Of a DNA stretch of 64,000 nucleotides, positions 62,914-64,000 are shown piece by piece. Source of the DNA: Schmidtea polychroa. Its lineage: Eukaryota. The notes under the pieces were generated by a model, which was given only the letters and a program-made list of their open reading frames with translations, searched no databases and was not told the DNA's origin. The position numbers and the translations under genes were made by a program. Position 1 is the first letter of the stretch, and each line of letters starts with the position of its first letter. Location of the stretch: assembly GCA_044892525.1 (NCBI GenBank), contig CM097885.1, forward strand, positions 253,084,001 through 253,148,000, in the 5' to 3' direction.

Positions 62914-64000
62914 ATAAATATATATTGTAATGTAAATATTATATACGGCATACATAGTTGTTATTATCATTTTAAAAATCGTCTAATTAAAAAATGTATG
63001 TGTTTAAATAAAGTCAAAAGAAAACTTTCATAAATATCTTCCAATAAGATTTATTATTTAACCATTACATAACAGCGTAAGTGAACCACGAACTATTATC
63101 TCAATACTGTTAATACACGAGGCATACACTGCTTGTCATCTTTTAGGTGATCGCGTCTCTTTTGGAAACTCCTTCATACATTAAATGACAATTGCGTGTC
63201 GAATTTTGCGTGAAAACTGTACCATCCTAACACGTTGGTAGTGTGTGATAGGGTCAAAGGTTAATGATTAGATGAACTTCCTATTCTATTTGAAGATTCT
63301 ATTTGCAATATTATTACAAGATAACATTCAAGTAAACATCGATGGCTACTTTTAAGAAAGAATCACTTTCCAAAAGCGATTCTATAGTTAGGTTGATGAT
63401 TTTACTTCTAACTGTTCCATTCTTTTGACGAAATTTTCGTTTGGTAACACCCTTGGACAATGGATATGAGAGTTTATCGATTGGACGGTTATGCGTTGGA
63501 ATTTGATTGGCTTCTTTGACTTTACCCAAGTTAGGCATGCGTTGTTTCAATTCGGCTTCAGTGTAAATGCGCAATGGAGCCCTTGGACCATACTTTCAGT
63601 TATCAAGCCATCTCGACATTTGGACAGTCGGAATATCTGTTTCTGGAGCTCTTTGATTTGCAATGGGTCACACCATGTCATTGAACTCGTTCTAATTTGG
63701 CTCTTTTCGATTTCTAGTTTCTTGTACAAATTTCTGCAGACGGTATCGTGGATTTCCTAGTTAGTTTAAGGCACTAAAATAGTATCATTTAAACAAAGTA
63801 GTTGAAGTAAACAAAAGTAAATGCCATCATTGACCTTTGGGTCAATTAACTCTTTCATCTTACATCTATTTTTACACAATGTGTAAGATGTATTTATATA
63901 AACTATTCATATTTATAGCATTTATATTTTATTATTTGAATGTTATGGTATGTTGAAATTGAATGTTGAAATTGTTCGAAATATTATTTGGATTTGAATT

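Noticed and set aside
63300-63760. Minus-strand ORF fragments of 60-86 aa
   Set aside because: They look like decayed coding DNA, possibly integrase-related, but no motif is secure enough to name.

Overview
AT-rich eukaryotic (metazoan-like) genomic DNA with 35-55 nt mini-introns and dense, mostly decayed transposons. The organism cannot be fixed from sequence alone; the composition would fit a fast-evolving reduced animal such as a myxozoan, which is inference only. Three host genes lie on the + strand. (1) The 3' two-thirds of a DEPDC5/IML1 (GATOR1) gene, about 20 exons from 988 to the stop at 30858, whose large introns hold TEs and an antisense Hsp90 fragment. (2) SmB/SNRPB (37744-38357). 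(3) RTF1 (38510-40717), only 152 bp downstream of SmB. Both SmB and RTF1 have a splice-acceptor AG 2-3 nt before the ATG, suggesting a trans-spliced operon. TE families recognised: MULE (one with TIRs and a 9-bp TSD), hAT (two with 8-bp TSDs), piggyBac, mariner/Tc1/IS630, pogo, Merlin, Helitron, Penelope-like and BEL/Pao or other LTR remnants. The best candidate for an undescribed system is a GC-richer, minus-strand cassette of small ORFs: X (TRLRTR[YW]IW motif, AT-hook), Y (coiled coil plus basic motif) and Z (a region with mostly synonymous divergence). It occurs at 53.4-54.9 kb, at 41.6-43.8 kb (Y-Z duplicated) and in diverged form at 33.0-33.8 kb, and I cannot assign it to a known family. 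All alignments and translations were done by eye; no database searches were run.
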